The notes under the pieces: generated by a model
Seen by the model: only the letters and a program-made list of their open reading frames with translations
The model's database searches: none
Told to the model about the DNA's origin: nothing
Translations under genes and position numbers: made by a program
Origin: Aliivibrio fischeri ES114
Lineage (GTDB): Bacteria; Pseudomonadota; Gammaproteobacteria; Enterobacterales; Vibrionaceae
Assembly (NCBI RefSeq): GCF_000011805.1
Contig: NC_006840.2
DNA length: 32,000 nucleotides
Reading direction: 5' to 3' (one strand)
Shown here: positions 1 through 9,534 of the stretch, piece after piece
Numbering within the stretch: the stretch's first letter is position 1
How the letters are laid out: each line of letters starts with the position of its first letter

Positions 1-2
1 AT

Positions 3-1598
3 GATGGCAAAAATACTCATTTTTTAGATGTATCGATCTCACCGATTGTTTTGGCTTCACCATACTCAGAGAGAACGTCTATCCCTAGAGTTGCTCCTTC
101 TGAACTGTCTCTTATTCCAAAACCAGAATCAGTACAACGTTTTGATGGCCAATTTAATCTAAAAGATAAAATCTCTCTAGAAACACAAACCCATTTAGCA
201 CAAGGTGCCGCCCAGTGGTTAAGTGATGAATTAGAAAACATTACTTCTTTAAAGTATCCGATTAAATCACAAGGTCAGATCCAATTCATTGCTAATCCAA
301 CATTAGATAAAGGTGCATATCAACTTTCAGTATCTGAAGATATCATCACTCTTACTGCAGGCTCTAATGAGGGATTCGTTCACGCATCTGCGACGCTTTT
401 GCAATTAATAAATGAAAGAACACACTTAATCCCGTGTGCAAAAATCAAAGACCAACCACGCTTTCACTATCGTGGAATGATGCTAGATTGTGCAAGACAC
501 TTCCATCCACTAGAGCGTGTAAAACGTTTAATTAATCAATTAGCTCATTATAAATTTAACACTTTCCATTGGCATTTAACGGATGACGAAGGATGGCGAG
601 TAGAAATAAAAGCCTTTCCTGAATTAACGCAAATTGGTGCATGGCGTGGGCCAGAAGAAGTGATTGAGCCACAATACACTCATATAGCAGAAAAGCATGG
701 TGGTTATTATTCTCAAGAAGAGATTAAAGACGTCATTGCTTATGCAGAACAGCGTGGAATAACAGTAATACCTGAAATCGATATTCCAGGCCATTGCCGT
801 GCAGCTATTAAATCACTACCTCATTTGTTAATTGATTCTGACGATAATTCGGTTTATCGCAGTATTCAACACTACACAGATAATGTGCTATCACCGGCAA
901 TCGAAGGTACCTATCAATTTATTGATACTGTGCTCGAAGAAATTGCAGATCTTTTCCCTGCACCATACGTTCATATTGGTGCAGATGAAGTTCCAAAAGG
1001 GGTTTGGACTGATAGTGAAAAATGTCAAAAATTAATGGAAGAGCAAGGTTATAGCGACCCTGTTGAATTGCAAGGTCACCTACTTCGTCATGCTGAAAAC
1101 AAATTAAAACAACTAGGCAAACAGATGCTTGGTTGGGAAGAAGCTCAGCATGGTAATAAAGTCAGCAAAGATACCGTTATTTACTCTTGGTTAAGTGAAG
1201 AAGCAGCATTAAATTGTGCCAAACAAGGTTTTGATGTCGTACTCCAACCCGGTCAAACCACCTATTTAGATATGGCACAAGATTATGCTCCTGAAGAGCC
1301 TGGAGTAGATTGGGCAAATGTTCTTCCTCTTGAAGAGGCTTATAACTACGAACCTCTTGCTGAATTAGCTGATAACGACCCTATTCGTAAACGCATTCTC
1401 GGAATTCAATGTGCACTTTGGTGTGAAATCATCAATAACCAAGAGCGCATGGATTACATGATTTTCCCACGTCTTTTAGCAATATCTGAAGGAATGTGGA
1501 CACAAAAACAACACAGAAACTGGACAGACTTTTTAGCAAGGTTAAATGGACGATTACCAACCCTAACACGTCAGGGTATTAATTTCCGTCAACCATAA
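3..1598 (+). CDS. beta-N-acetylhexosaminidase (GH20), 5' end beyond the window
   Basis: The reading frame is open to the left edge (DGKNTHFLDVSISPIVLASPYSERTS...), so the TTG start at 51 is not real. GH20-like motifs include FHWHLTDDEGWRVEIKAFPELTQIGAWRG, IPEIDIPGHCRAAIK and HIGADEVPKGVW. Confidence 0.93.
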   Translation, partial: DGKNTHFLDVSISPIVLASPYSERTSIPRVAPSELSLIPKPESVQRFDGQFNLKDKISLETQTHLAQGAAQWLSDELENITSLKYPIKSQGQIQFIANPTLDKGAYQLSVSEDIITLTAGSNEGFVHASATLLQLINERTHLIPCAKIKDQPRFHYRGMMLDCARHFHPLERVKRLINQLAHYKFNTFHWHLTDDEGWRVEIKAFPELTQIGAWRGPEEVIEPQYTHIAEKHGGYYSQEEIKDVIAYAEQRGITVIPEIDIPGHCRAAIKSLPHLLIDSDDNSVYRSIQHYTDNVLSPAIEGTYQFIDTVLEEIADLFPAPYVHIGADEVPKGVWTDSEKCQKLMEEQGYSDPVELQGHLLRHAENKLKQLGKQMLGWEEAQHGNKVSKDTVIYSWLSEEAALNCAKQGFDVVLQPGQTTYLDMAQDYAPEEPGVDWANVLPLEEAYNYEPLAELADNDPIRKRILGIQCALWCEIINNQERMDYMIFPRLLAISEGMWTQKQHRNWTDFLARLNGRLPTLTRQGINFRQP

Positions 1599-1636
1599 GT
1601 CACCCATTTATTAGTATTTTAGTTAAGGATAAAAAA

Positions 1637-4042
1637 ATGAAATACGGTTTTTTCGATAACGACAATCGTGAATATGTCATCACACGCCCTGACGTACCAG
1701 CACCATGGACTAACTACTTAGGTACAGAAAAGTTCTGTACGGTTATTTCTCACAATGCTGGCGGTTACTCTTTCTATAACTCTCCAGAGTACAACCGTGT
1801 TACTAAGTTCCGCCCAAATGGCACATTTGATCGCCCAGGACATTATGTTTATTTACGTGATGATGAAACTGGTGATTACTGGTCAATCTCATGGCAACCA
1901 GTAGCAAAAAGCTTAGACGAAGCAAACTATGAAGTTCGCCACGGTCTTTCTTACTCAAAATTCAAATGTGAGTACAACGGTATTGAAGCAACAAAAACGT
2001 TATTCGTACCAAAAGGTGAAGATGCTGAAGTATGGGATGTCGTGATTAAAAACACGAGCGATAAACCACGCACTATTTCAACGTTCTCATTTGTTGAGTT
2101 TTCATTTAGCCATATTCAATCTGATAATCAAAACCACCAGATGTCTCTTTACTCTGCGGGTACAGAATACAAAAATGGCGTACTTGAATACGATCTTTAC
2201 TACAACACCAATGACTTTGAAGGCTTCTACTACCTAGCTTCAACGTTTGATCCTGATTCATATGATGGCCAACGCGATACCTTCTTAGGTCTATACCGTG
2301 ATGAAGCAAATCCGATTGCCGTTGAAAAAGGACGTTGTTCAAACTCAGCGCAAACTTGTTATAACCACTGTGGTTCTCTGCATAAACAATTCACAATTCA
2401 ACCAGGTGAAGAAGTCCGTTTTGCTTACGTACTAGGTATTGGTAAAGGTAATGGCGAACGTCTACGTGAAAAATATCAAGACGTAGCAAATGTGGATGCG
2501 GCATTCCAAGAAATTAAAAATCACTGGAATGAGCGCTGCGAAAAATTCCAAGTATCATCACCAAACGAAGGCCTAGATACGATGATCAACACATGGACGC
2601 TATACCAAGCTGAAACGTGTGTTGTATGGTCTCGCTTTGCTTCTTTCATTGAAGTTGGTGGTCGTACTGGTCTTGGTTATCGTGATACTGCTCAAGATGC
2701 GATTTCTGTGCCTCACGCTAACCCAGCAATGACTCGCAAACGTATTGTGGATTTACTACGTGGACAAGTAAAAGCAGGTTACGGTCTACACCTATTCGAT
2801 CCAGATTGGTTTGATCCAGAAAAAGCAGATGTTAAACCATCTAAATCACCGACAGTGGTTCCAACACCATCAGACGACGACAAGATCCACGGTATTGAAG
2901 ATACGTGTTCTGATGACCACTTATGGATCGTTCCTACTATTATCAAATACGTAATGGAAACTGGTGAGCATTCTTTCTTTGATGAAGTGATCCCATATGC
3001 TGATGGTGGCGATGCAACAGTCTACGAACACATGAAAGCAGCACTAGATTTTTCTGCTGAATATGTTGGTCAAACAGGTATCTGTAAAGGGTTACGAGCT
3101 GACTGGAATGACTGTCTAAACTTAGGTGGTGGTGAATCATCAATGGTTTCATTCCTACATTTCTGGGCACTTCAAGAGTTCCTAGATTTAGCTAAATTCC
3201 GTAATAACGATGCTGACGTAACGAAATATACAGAAATGGCAGCAAATGTTCGTGAAGCGTGTGAAACACACCTTTGGGATGACGAAGGTGGTTGGTACAT
3301 TCGTGGCCTAACAAAAGATGGCGACAAAATTGGTACAGCGCAACAAACCGAAGGTCGAGTGCATCTTGAGTCAAATACATTAGCGGTACTTTCTGGTGCG
3401 GTATCTCAAGAACGCGGTGAGAAAGCGATGGATGCAGTTGATGAAAACCTATTCTCTGAATACGGTCTTCACCTAAATTCACCATCATTTGCAACACCAA
3501 ATGATGATATCGGTTTTGTTACTCGTGTTTATCAAGGCGTAAAAGAAAATGGCGCAATCTTCTCTCATCCAAACCCATGGGCTTGGGTAGCAGAAGCGAA
3601 ACTTGGTCGTGGTGACCGTGCGATGAAGTTCTATGATGCACTTAACCCATATAACCAAAATGACATCATTGAAAAACGTATTGCTGAACCATACTCATAC
3701 GTTCAATTCATTATGGGTAAAGATCACCAAGATCATGGTCGTGCAAACCACCCTTGGTTAACTGGAACATCGGGTTGGGCTTACTTTGCAGTAACTAACT
3801 TTATCTTGGGTGTTCGTACTGGTTTTGATGGATTAACAATTGATCCATGTATTCCAACAAACTGGCCTGAATTTACCGTTACTCGCCAATGGCGTGGCGC
3901 CACTTACCACATTCAGGTGAAAAACCCGAATTCTGTAAGTAAAGGGGTTCAAAGCATTACGCTTAATGGTGCAGACGTTGTGGGTTCAGTACCGGTTCAA
4001 GCTGAAGGTTCTATTAACGAAGTTGTCGTAATTATGGGCTAA
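1637..4042 (+). CDS. chbP: N,N'-diacetylchitobiose phosphorylase (GH94)
   Basis: 801 aa. N-terminus MKYGFFDNDNREYVITRPDVPAPWTNYLG and the GH94-type stretch GRTGLGYRDTAQDAISVPHANPAMTRKRI. It lies next to the GH20 gene and is preceded by an AAGGA ribosome-binding site. Confidence 0.93.
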   Translation: MKYGFFDNDNREYVITRPDVPAPWTNYLGTEKFCTVISHNAGGYSFYNSPEYNRVTKFRPNGTFDRPGHYVYLRDDETGDYWSISWQPVAKSLDEANYEVRHGLSYSKFKCEYNGIEATKTLFVPKGEDAEVWDVVIKNTSDKPRTISTFSFVEFSFSHIQSDNQNHQMSLYSAGTEYKNGVLEYDLYYNTNDFEGFYYLASTFDPDSYDGQRDTFLGLYRDEANPIAVEKGRCSNSAQTCYNHCGSLHKQFTIQPGEEVRFAYVLGIGKGNGERLREKYQDVANVDAAFQEIKNHWNERCEKFQVSSPNEGLDTMINTWTLYQAETCVVWSRFASFIEVGGRTGLGYRDTAQDAISVPHANPAMTRKRIVDLLRGQVKAGYGLHLFDPDWFDPEKADVKPSKSPTVVPTPSDDDKIHGIEDTCSDDHLWIVPTIIKYVMETGEHSFFDEVIPYADGGDATVYEHMKAALDFSAEYVGQTGICKGLRADWNDCLNLGGGESSMVSFLHFWALQEFLDLAKFRNNDADVTKYTEMAANVREACETHLWDDEGGWYIRGLTKDGDKIGTAQQTEGRVHLESNTLAVLSGAVSQERGEKAMDAVDENLFSEYGLHLNSPSFATPNDDIGFVTRVYQGVKENGAIFSHPNPWAWVAEAKLGRGDRAMKFYDALNPYNQNDIIEKRIAEPYSYVQFIMGKDHQDHGRANHPWLTGTSGWAYFAVTNFILGVRTGFDGLTIDPCIPTNWPEFTVTRQWRGATYHIQVKNPNSVSKGVQSITLNGADVVGSVPVQAEGSINEVVVIMG

Positions 4043-4077
4043 GCTCGTTTAATGATGAGCTAAGTGTTATAGACAAA

Positions 4078-4106
4078 AGTAAGGCACCTTATTCTGGTGC
4101 CTTACT
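4078..4106 (+). other. 11-bp perfect intergenic hairpin without a U-tract
   Basis: AGTAAGGCACC-TTATTCT-GGTGCCTTACT lies between the phosphorylase stop and the ribosome-binding site of the next gene. Confidence 0.7.
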
Positions 4107-4122
4107 ATAAAAGGAATTTACT

Positions 4123-5535
4123 ATGATTCAATTTGGTACAGGTGGTTGGCGCGCATTTATTGGTGAAGAATTTACCAAAGATAACGTACGTCTTGTTGCT
4201 CAAGCACTATCAAATATTATGATTAACGAACAAGTCCAAAATAAAGGGTTTGTTATTGGTTATGACCGTCGTTTCTTATCAGATAAAGCAGGAAAATGGT
4301 TTGCAGAAGTGGTTGCAGCCAATGGCATTAAAGTAAGTTTTATTGATAAGTTTGTTCCAACCCCTATCGTTATGTTCCAAACAAAAGAGATGGGGTGTAT
4401 CTACTCAGCTTGTATCACTGCATCTCATAACCCTGCAGACTACAACGGTGTGAAAGTGTTCATCGAAGGTGGTCGTGACGCCGATGAAATCATTACCCAA
4501 AAAATCGAACAACAAATTGCTCATTTAACTCAACAAGATGTTAATGCATTAGAATTTGAAGAAGCGGTTACTGCGGGAAAAATTGAAATCATTAACCCAA
4601 TGAACGCATTTGTTGACTCAATCATCGACTTTATCGATATCGAATCAATTAAAAAAGCCAACTTACGTGTACTTATCGACCCAATGTTTGGTGTAGCAAA
4701 AAATGCGCTTCAAACGGTTTTAATTAATGGTCGTTGTGATGTTGACGTTATCAACGATGGTGAAAACCCTGCATTTGGAGGCTTAATGCCATCGCCAAGT
4801 GCCGCTACTTTGTATCGCTTAAAACACTTAGTTGCACACGAAGGTTATGACATTGGTATTGGTACTGATGGAGATGCTGACCGTCTAGGTATTATCGATG
4901 AAAAAGGTAATTTTATTCACCCTAATGAAGTCCTAATTCTCCTTTACTACTACTTACTTGAGTACAAAGGCTGGAAAGGCTCAGTGGTTCGTAATATTGC
5001 AACGACTCACTTGCTTGATAAAGTCGCAGCAGATCACGGCGAAAAATGCTTTGAGGTACCTGTAGGCTTTAAGCACATCAGCTCCCAAATGGAAGCCGAT
5101 GATTCTTTAATCGGTGGGGAAAGTTCAGGTGGTTTAACCATTCGTGGACACATTAAAGGTAAAGATGGCGTATTCGCTTCTAGCTTATTAGTTGAAATGA
5201 TCAGCGTGACAGGTAAAAAACTATCTGAAATGCTTGATGAGATTTACGCTAAATATGGTTACGCCTATACAGCGGAAGGCGATTGCACCTTTAAACCAGC
5301 AGAAAAAGAAACACTGTATAATAAAATTTATGTAGAGAAGCAACTGCCTGAATTTGAATATGAAATAGAAAAAGTAAGCTATGAAGATGGTGCAAAAGTT
5401 TACTTTAAAAATGGCGGTTGGGTCATTGCTCGTTTCTCTGGTACCGAACCATTATTACGTATTTTTGCTGAAATGGAAGACAAACCAACTGCAGAAAAAG
5501 TACTTAATGAAATGAAAGCTTTCCTTTCTCTTTAG
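4123..5535 (+). CDS. phosphoglucomutase/phosphomannomutase family protein, probably a phospho-GlcNAc mutase of chitobiose catabolism
   Basis: 470 aa. Phosphoserine loop TASHNPADYNGVK, metal loop GTDGDADRLG and a GESSGG motif. Substrate is inferred from gene context. Confidence 0.85.
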   Translation: MIQFGTGGWRAFIGEEFTKDNVRLVAQALSNIMINEQVQNKGFVIGYDRRFLSDKAGKWFAEVVAANGIKVSFIDKFVPTPIVMFQTKEMGCIYSACITASHNPADYNGVKVFIEGGRDADEIITQKIEQQIAHLTQQDVNALEFEEAVTAGKIEIINPMNAFVDSIIDFIDIESIKKANLRVLIDPMFGVAKNALQTVLINGRCDVDVINDGENPAFGGLMPSPSAATLYRLKHLVAHEGYDIGIGTDGDADRLGIIDEKGNFIHPNEVLILLYYYLLEYKGWKGSVVRNIATTHLLDKVAADHGEKCFEVPVGFKHISSQMEADDSLIGGESSGGLTIRGHIKGKDGVFASSLLVEMISVTGKKLSEMLDEIYAKYGYAYTAEGDCTFKPAEKETLYNKIYVEKQLPEFEYEIEKVSYEDGAKVYFKNGGWVIARFSGTEPLLRIFAEMEDKPTAEKVLNEMKAFLSL

Positions 5536-5573
5536 TTTCTACGTTTTAACTAAAACAAGAGCTCTAAAGAATT

Positions 5574-5613
5574 AACCCAGCTAATATAAGAGTCTGTTAG
5601 CTGGGTTCTTTTT
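5574..5613 (+). terminator. rho-independent terminator of the chitobiose cluster
   Basis: AACCCAGCTAA ... TTAGCTGGGTT followed by CTTTTT. Confidence 0.85.
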
Positions 5614-5619
5614 ACACTA

Positions 5620-6654
5620 TTAATCCTGAACAAAAACAATTGGGCAATGTGATTTGATTTCAAACTTCACCTTTTCACCTATCGTTAATGAATCATTAGA
5701 AACGGCGATTAATTCCACACCTTTACTATCGATGACATAACGACACGTATCTCCCATAAATTGCAGCTCTTTCACTGTAGCTTCACCATTTACATCACGA
5801 TATAACGTAATATTTTGTGGTCGCAGTAGCACTTCCGCTTTTTTATCCGCTTCCGTTGTGCTTCTACCACAAGAGATGAAACCAACTTGAGTATCTATAT
5901 CTCCGTTTTGGTTAATCGTACCTGATACGTAAGATCCACCACCTAAAAAATCAGCTACGAAGCGACTATTAGGGGAGTAATATAAATCGTTAGAGCTACC
6001 AAACTGTTCAATCACGCCATGATTCATTACTGCTAATTTATCTGAAAAAGCGAAGGCTTCTTCACGACTGTGAGTAACAAAAATAGCTGTCACACCTTGT
6101 GCCTTAAAAATTCGACGGATCTCTTTAATCAAGTCATGACGTACTTGTGTATCAATATTTGAAAATGGCTCATCAAGTAAAAGTAAATCAGGTTCACTTG
6201 CCAACGCTCGTGCAATAGCTACACGCTGTTGTTGCCCACCTGACAATTGATGAGGATAACGGTCACCAAATCCGCTTAAATGAACTAGGTGTAACATCGA
6301 CTCAACTTTATCGTCGGCTTTTTTCTTATCCCAACCTTTTAAGCCAAAACCAATATTTTGAGTCACCGTCAAATGAGGGAAAAGTGCATAATCTTGAAAA
6401 ATCATGCCGATGTTTCTTTGTTCTGGTGGTAACCAAGTATTGTTATCCGTTATCACCTTACCATTTAAGTTCATCTCACCAGACGATAAAGGCAACAGAC
6501 CTGCAATGGATTTTAATAACGTCGTTTTTCCACACCCACTTGCACCAAGTAAACAAACGATCTCACCTTGTTCAACATTTAATGAAAGCTGAGATAAGAT
6601 ATCTTGATCGTGATAGCGACAAGTCAAATTTGAAATAGATAATGCAGATTTCAT
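5620..6654 (-). CDS. fbpC: iron(III) ABC transporter ATP-binding protein
   Basis: Walker A GASGCGKTT, signature LSGGQQQRVAIARAL, Walker B LLLLDEPF. It sits in an operon with the permease and the binding protein. Confidence 0.9.
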   Translation of the reverse strand: MKSALSISNLTCRYHDQDILSQLSLNVEQGEIVCLLGASGCGKTTLLKSIAGLLPLSSGEMNLNGKVITDNNTWLPPEQRNIGMIFQDYALFPHLTVTQNIGFGLKGWDKKKADDKVESMLHLVHLSGFGDRYPHQLSGGQQQRVAIARALASEPDLLLLDEPFSNIDTQVRHDLIKEIRRIFKAQGVTAIFVTHSREEAFAFSDKLAVMNHGVIEQFGSSNDLYYSPNSRFVADFLGGGSYVSGTINQNGDIDTQVGFISCGRSTTEADKKAEVLLRPQNITLYRDVNGEATVKELQFMGDTCRYVIDSKGVELIAVSNDSLTIGEKVKFEIKSHCPIVFVQD

Positions 6655-8285
6655 TAATGATGTTGCTCCAAAGAACGGTTAACAATAATTAATGGAATTA
6701 ACCCCACTAAAACCAATAGCACCGCAGGCATCGCTGCGATTTCTAGTTGCTCATCAGAAGCAAAATTAAACACGTAAGTTGCTAGTGTTTCAAAATTAAA
6801 TGGACGCAATAATAACGCTGCATTGAGCTCTTTCATGGTTTCAATGAACACTAGAAGCCCCGCAATTAAACACCCTCGACGAATCAGTGGAAAGTGCACT
6901 CGACGCAGCATAGACCAAGTCCCACATCCCAATGTGCGAGAAGCCATATCTAATGAAGGTGGTATCTTATTTAAGTTACTTTCAATAGAACCGATAGCGA
7001 CCGCTGAAAATCGAGTTACAGAAGCAAAAATTAACGCAAAAATAGAGCCAGAGAAAATTAGACCAATAACCCCAAAACCAAGTTGTTTTGATACATCATT
7101 AATAAAATGATCCAAACCAATCATAGGTAGCATAACGCCAATCGCTAACACCGTTCCTGGCACAGCATAGCCTAATGAAGCTAAACGCATAGGAACAACG
7201 CTCCATTTACTAGCAGGCTGTAAGCGACGTAAAAAATTCACTACAACAGCAATGATTACGGCAATGACAGCAGAAATACTAGAGACATATAAACTATTGA
7301 TGGCATATTCTTGAAACTCAGCAGTCCAGCTTTGCTCAAAGTAATCAATTGCATAACTGATTAACTGCATTAATGGGAAAATAAAAGCGATTGAAACAAG
7401 TCCCCAACACCAAATTAATGCTCCCCACTTTTTCCAACCATACAATTGATATTGAAATTCCTCGCTCGTATTAAATTTTTCTTGAAACATTTTTTGTTTA
7501 CGTCGGCTATAACGTTCACCACTGATCAATAATAAAATACCCATCAGCATAAAAGCAGAAACCTTAGCCGCCGCATTTAAATTTGAATAGCCAAGCCAAG
7601 TATCATACACCGCCGTCGTTAACGTATTCACAGCAAAATAGCTAACGGTACCAAAATCACCTAGTGCTTCCATTGCCACTAATGACAAGGCAACAGCAAT
7701 CGATGGTCTAGCAAGAGGTAAAGAGATGCGTTTAAAACTCTCCCAAGGAGTACATTTTAGTAATCGAGCCGACTGCAACAGACTGATGTTCTGCTCCATA
7801 AAAGCAGCACGAGCTAATAAATAAACATAAGGATACAAAACTAAAGACATGACTAAAATGGCTCCAGCTAATGTACGAATATCTGGAAACCAATAATCGC
7901 TGTATGACTGCCAGCCAAAAATATCACGTAATAACACTTGTATTGGGCCAGCAAAATCTAACCAATCTGTGTAGATGTACCCAACGATATAAGCAGGCAT
8001 AGCAAGAGGCAAAACCAAAGCCCATTGCAAAATAGAAGAGCTAGGAATGCGGCACATTGCCATAAACCAAGCTGAAGGGACACCCAAAATAAGAGAGAAG
8101 AACATCGCACCAAACACTAATAAAACCGTATTGAGTGTGTATGTAGGAAGCACAGTATCAAACAGATGAGTAAATATATCGTCTGTATTACCGAGCGCTG
8201 TATATAGGATCGCTAAGATCGGCAAAACCAGTAGTAGAGAAAAACTCCAACTACTGGTTTTCCAAAATAATAATTTTTCTTTCAT
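6654..8285 (-). CDS. fbpB: iron(III) ABC transporter permease
   Basis: 543-aa polytopic membrane protein with EALGDFGTVSYF and ETMKELNAALLLRPF motifs typical of FbpB-like duplicated permeases. Adjacent to fbpC and fbpA. Confidence 0.9.
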   Translation of the reverse strand: MKEKLLFWKTSSWSFSLLLVLPILAILYTALGNTDDIFTHLFDTVLPTYTLNTVLLVFGAMFFSLILGVPSAWFMAMCRIPSSSILQWALVLPLAMPAYIVGYIYTDWLDFAGPIQVLLRDIFGWQSYSDYWFPDIRTLAGAILVMSLVLYPYVYLLARAAFMEQNISLLQSARLLKCTPWESFKRISLPLARPSIAVALSLVAMEALGDFGTVSYFAVNTLTTAVYDTWLGYSNLNAAAKVSAFMLMGILLLISGERYSRRKQKMFQEKFNTSEEFQYQLYGWKKWGALIWCWGLVSIAFIFPLMQLISYAIDYFEQSWTAEFQEYAINSLYVSSISAVIAVIIAVVVNFLRRLQPASKWSVVPMRLASLGYAVPGTVLAIGVMLPMIGLDHFINDVSKQLGFGVIGLIFSGSIFALIFASVTRFSAVAIGSIESNLNKIPPSLDMASRTLGCGTWSMLRRVHFPLIRRGCLIAGLLVFIETMKELNAALLLRPFNFETLATYVFNFASDEQLEIAAMPAVLLVLVGLIPLIIVNRSLEQHH

Positions 8286-8352
8286 TGCCTAAACTGCAAG
8301 GCTCTTATAAAAATGATGAGGTATTGTTACCTCACCATTTTTAAATATCAAA

Positions 8353-9366
8353 TTAAAGATCGAATTTAACTTCATCTAAAAGCTTAATTGCTTTTGTATG
8401 ATTGTCAGCGATTTCGTCTAAAGAAAGTGTATCGGCTTTAAAGTCACCCCAAGAAGCAACTAACTCAGAACGTTTAACTCCTGGTTTTACAGGGTATTCA
8501 TAGTTCACTTCAGCGTACATACCTTGTGCTACATCACCAGTTAAGAACTCCATTAATTTTAATGCGTTATCTTTATTTGGTGCGTATTTTGCCATCGCCA
8601 TACCACTCACATTCACATGTGTACCGTCAGTATTTTGATTTGGGAAGTTAATGTATACCGACTCAGCCCAAGAAACTTGTTTTGGATCGTTAACCATTTT
8701 ACCTAAGTAGTAACTATTACCTAAAGCAAGATCACAAAGACCTTCTTTAATTGCTTTCACTTGCGCACGATCATTACCTTGTGGTTTACGAGCAAGGTTC
8801 GATTTTACGCCTTCTAACCACGTTTTCGCTTCTGCTTCACCATGATGAGCAATCATTGAAGAAACAAGAGATACATTATATGGGTGCTTACCACTACGAG
8901 TACAAATCTTACCTTTCCATTCAGGTTTAGCTAAATCAGCATAATCAAAATCAGCACCTAGTTTACCCACACGGTCACGAGATGAATAAACGTTACGAGC
9001 GCGAAGTGTTAGAGCAAACCACTCATCTTCAGCATCACGATATTGTGCAGGAACATTTGCATCAATAACTTTACTATCAACAGGTTGAACTAAGTTTTTA
9101 TTCGTTAATTCAGCTAAACGACTAATATCAGTTGTTAAAATAACATCTGCTGGGCTTAATTCCCCTTCTTGAGCCAATTTCTCAGCTAGGCCTTTTTTAG
9201 CAAACTTAACATTAACCTGAATACCAGTCTCTTTTGTGAACTCTTTGAACATTGGCTCAACTAAGAAAGGTTGGCGATAAGAGTAAACGTTAACTTCTTC
9301 AGCAGCCATAACACTTGGTGCAAACATACCTGCAATTAAAGCAGAAACTGATAGTAATTTTTTCAT
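8353..9366 (-). CDS. fbpA: periplasmic iron(III)-binding protein
   Basis: 337 aa with a signal peptide (MKKLLSVSALIAGMFAPSVMAAEEVNVYSYRQPFLVEPMF) and C-terminal residues of the FbpA/FutA family. Confidence 0.9.
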   Translation of the reverse strand: MKKLLSVSALIAGMFAPSVMAAEEVNVYSYRQPFLVEPMFKEFTKETGIQVNVKFAKKGLAEKLAQEGELSPADVILTTDISRLAELTNKNLVQPVDSKVIDANVPAQYRDAEDEWFALTLRARNVYSSRDRVGKLGADFDYADLAKPEWKGKICTRSGKHPYNVSLVSSMIAHHGEAEAKTWLEGVKSNLARKPQGNDRAQVKAIKEGLCDLALGNSYYLGKMVNDPKQVSWAESVYINFPNQNTDGTHVNVSGMAMAKYAPNKDNALKLMEFLTGDVAQGMYAEVNYEYPVKPGVKRSELVASWGDFKADTLSLDEIADNHTKAIKLLDEVKFDL

Positions 9367-9401
9367 GTTATTCCTTTAAAATCTTTACTTATAAATGGTA
9401 A

Positions 9402-9416
9402 TAATAATAATTATCA
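9402..9416 (-). promoter_or_regulatory. Fur box upstream of fbpA
   Basis: On the - strand TGATAATTATTATTA matches the 7-1-7 Fur motif TGATAATnATTATCA with one mismatch, about 36 bp upstream of the fbpA start. Confidence 0.8.
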
Positions 9417-9472
9417 ATAACGATATTATACGAAGAGATTTAAAAAAGACAATGATCCAATTTTCTTTTTGA

Positions 9473-9509
9473 TAAAAAAGAGCCCCAATACTTGCGCATT
9501 AGGGCTCTT
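9473..9509 (-). terminator. terminator of glnK-amtB
   Basis: On the - strand AAGAGCCCTAAT-GCGCAAGT-ATTGGGGCTCTT is followed by TTTT. The stem is 12 bp with one G-U pair. Confidence 0.85.
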
Positions 9510-9534
9510 GAATTTGTAAGGAAATATTAACTTT

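Noticed and set aside
51-53. TTG at 51 as the hexosaminidase start
   Set aside because: The frame is open to the left window edge with protein-like sequence (FLDVSISPIVLASPYSE), so the real start is outside the window.
17-241. Small antisense ORFs at the left end (17..241 -, 832..1035 +, 2106..2342 -, 2943..3170 -, 3192..3500 -)
   Set aside because: Shadow frames of the hexosaminidase and chitobiose phosphorylase genes, with implausible composition and no separate ribosome-binding site or context.
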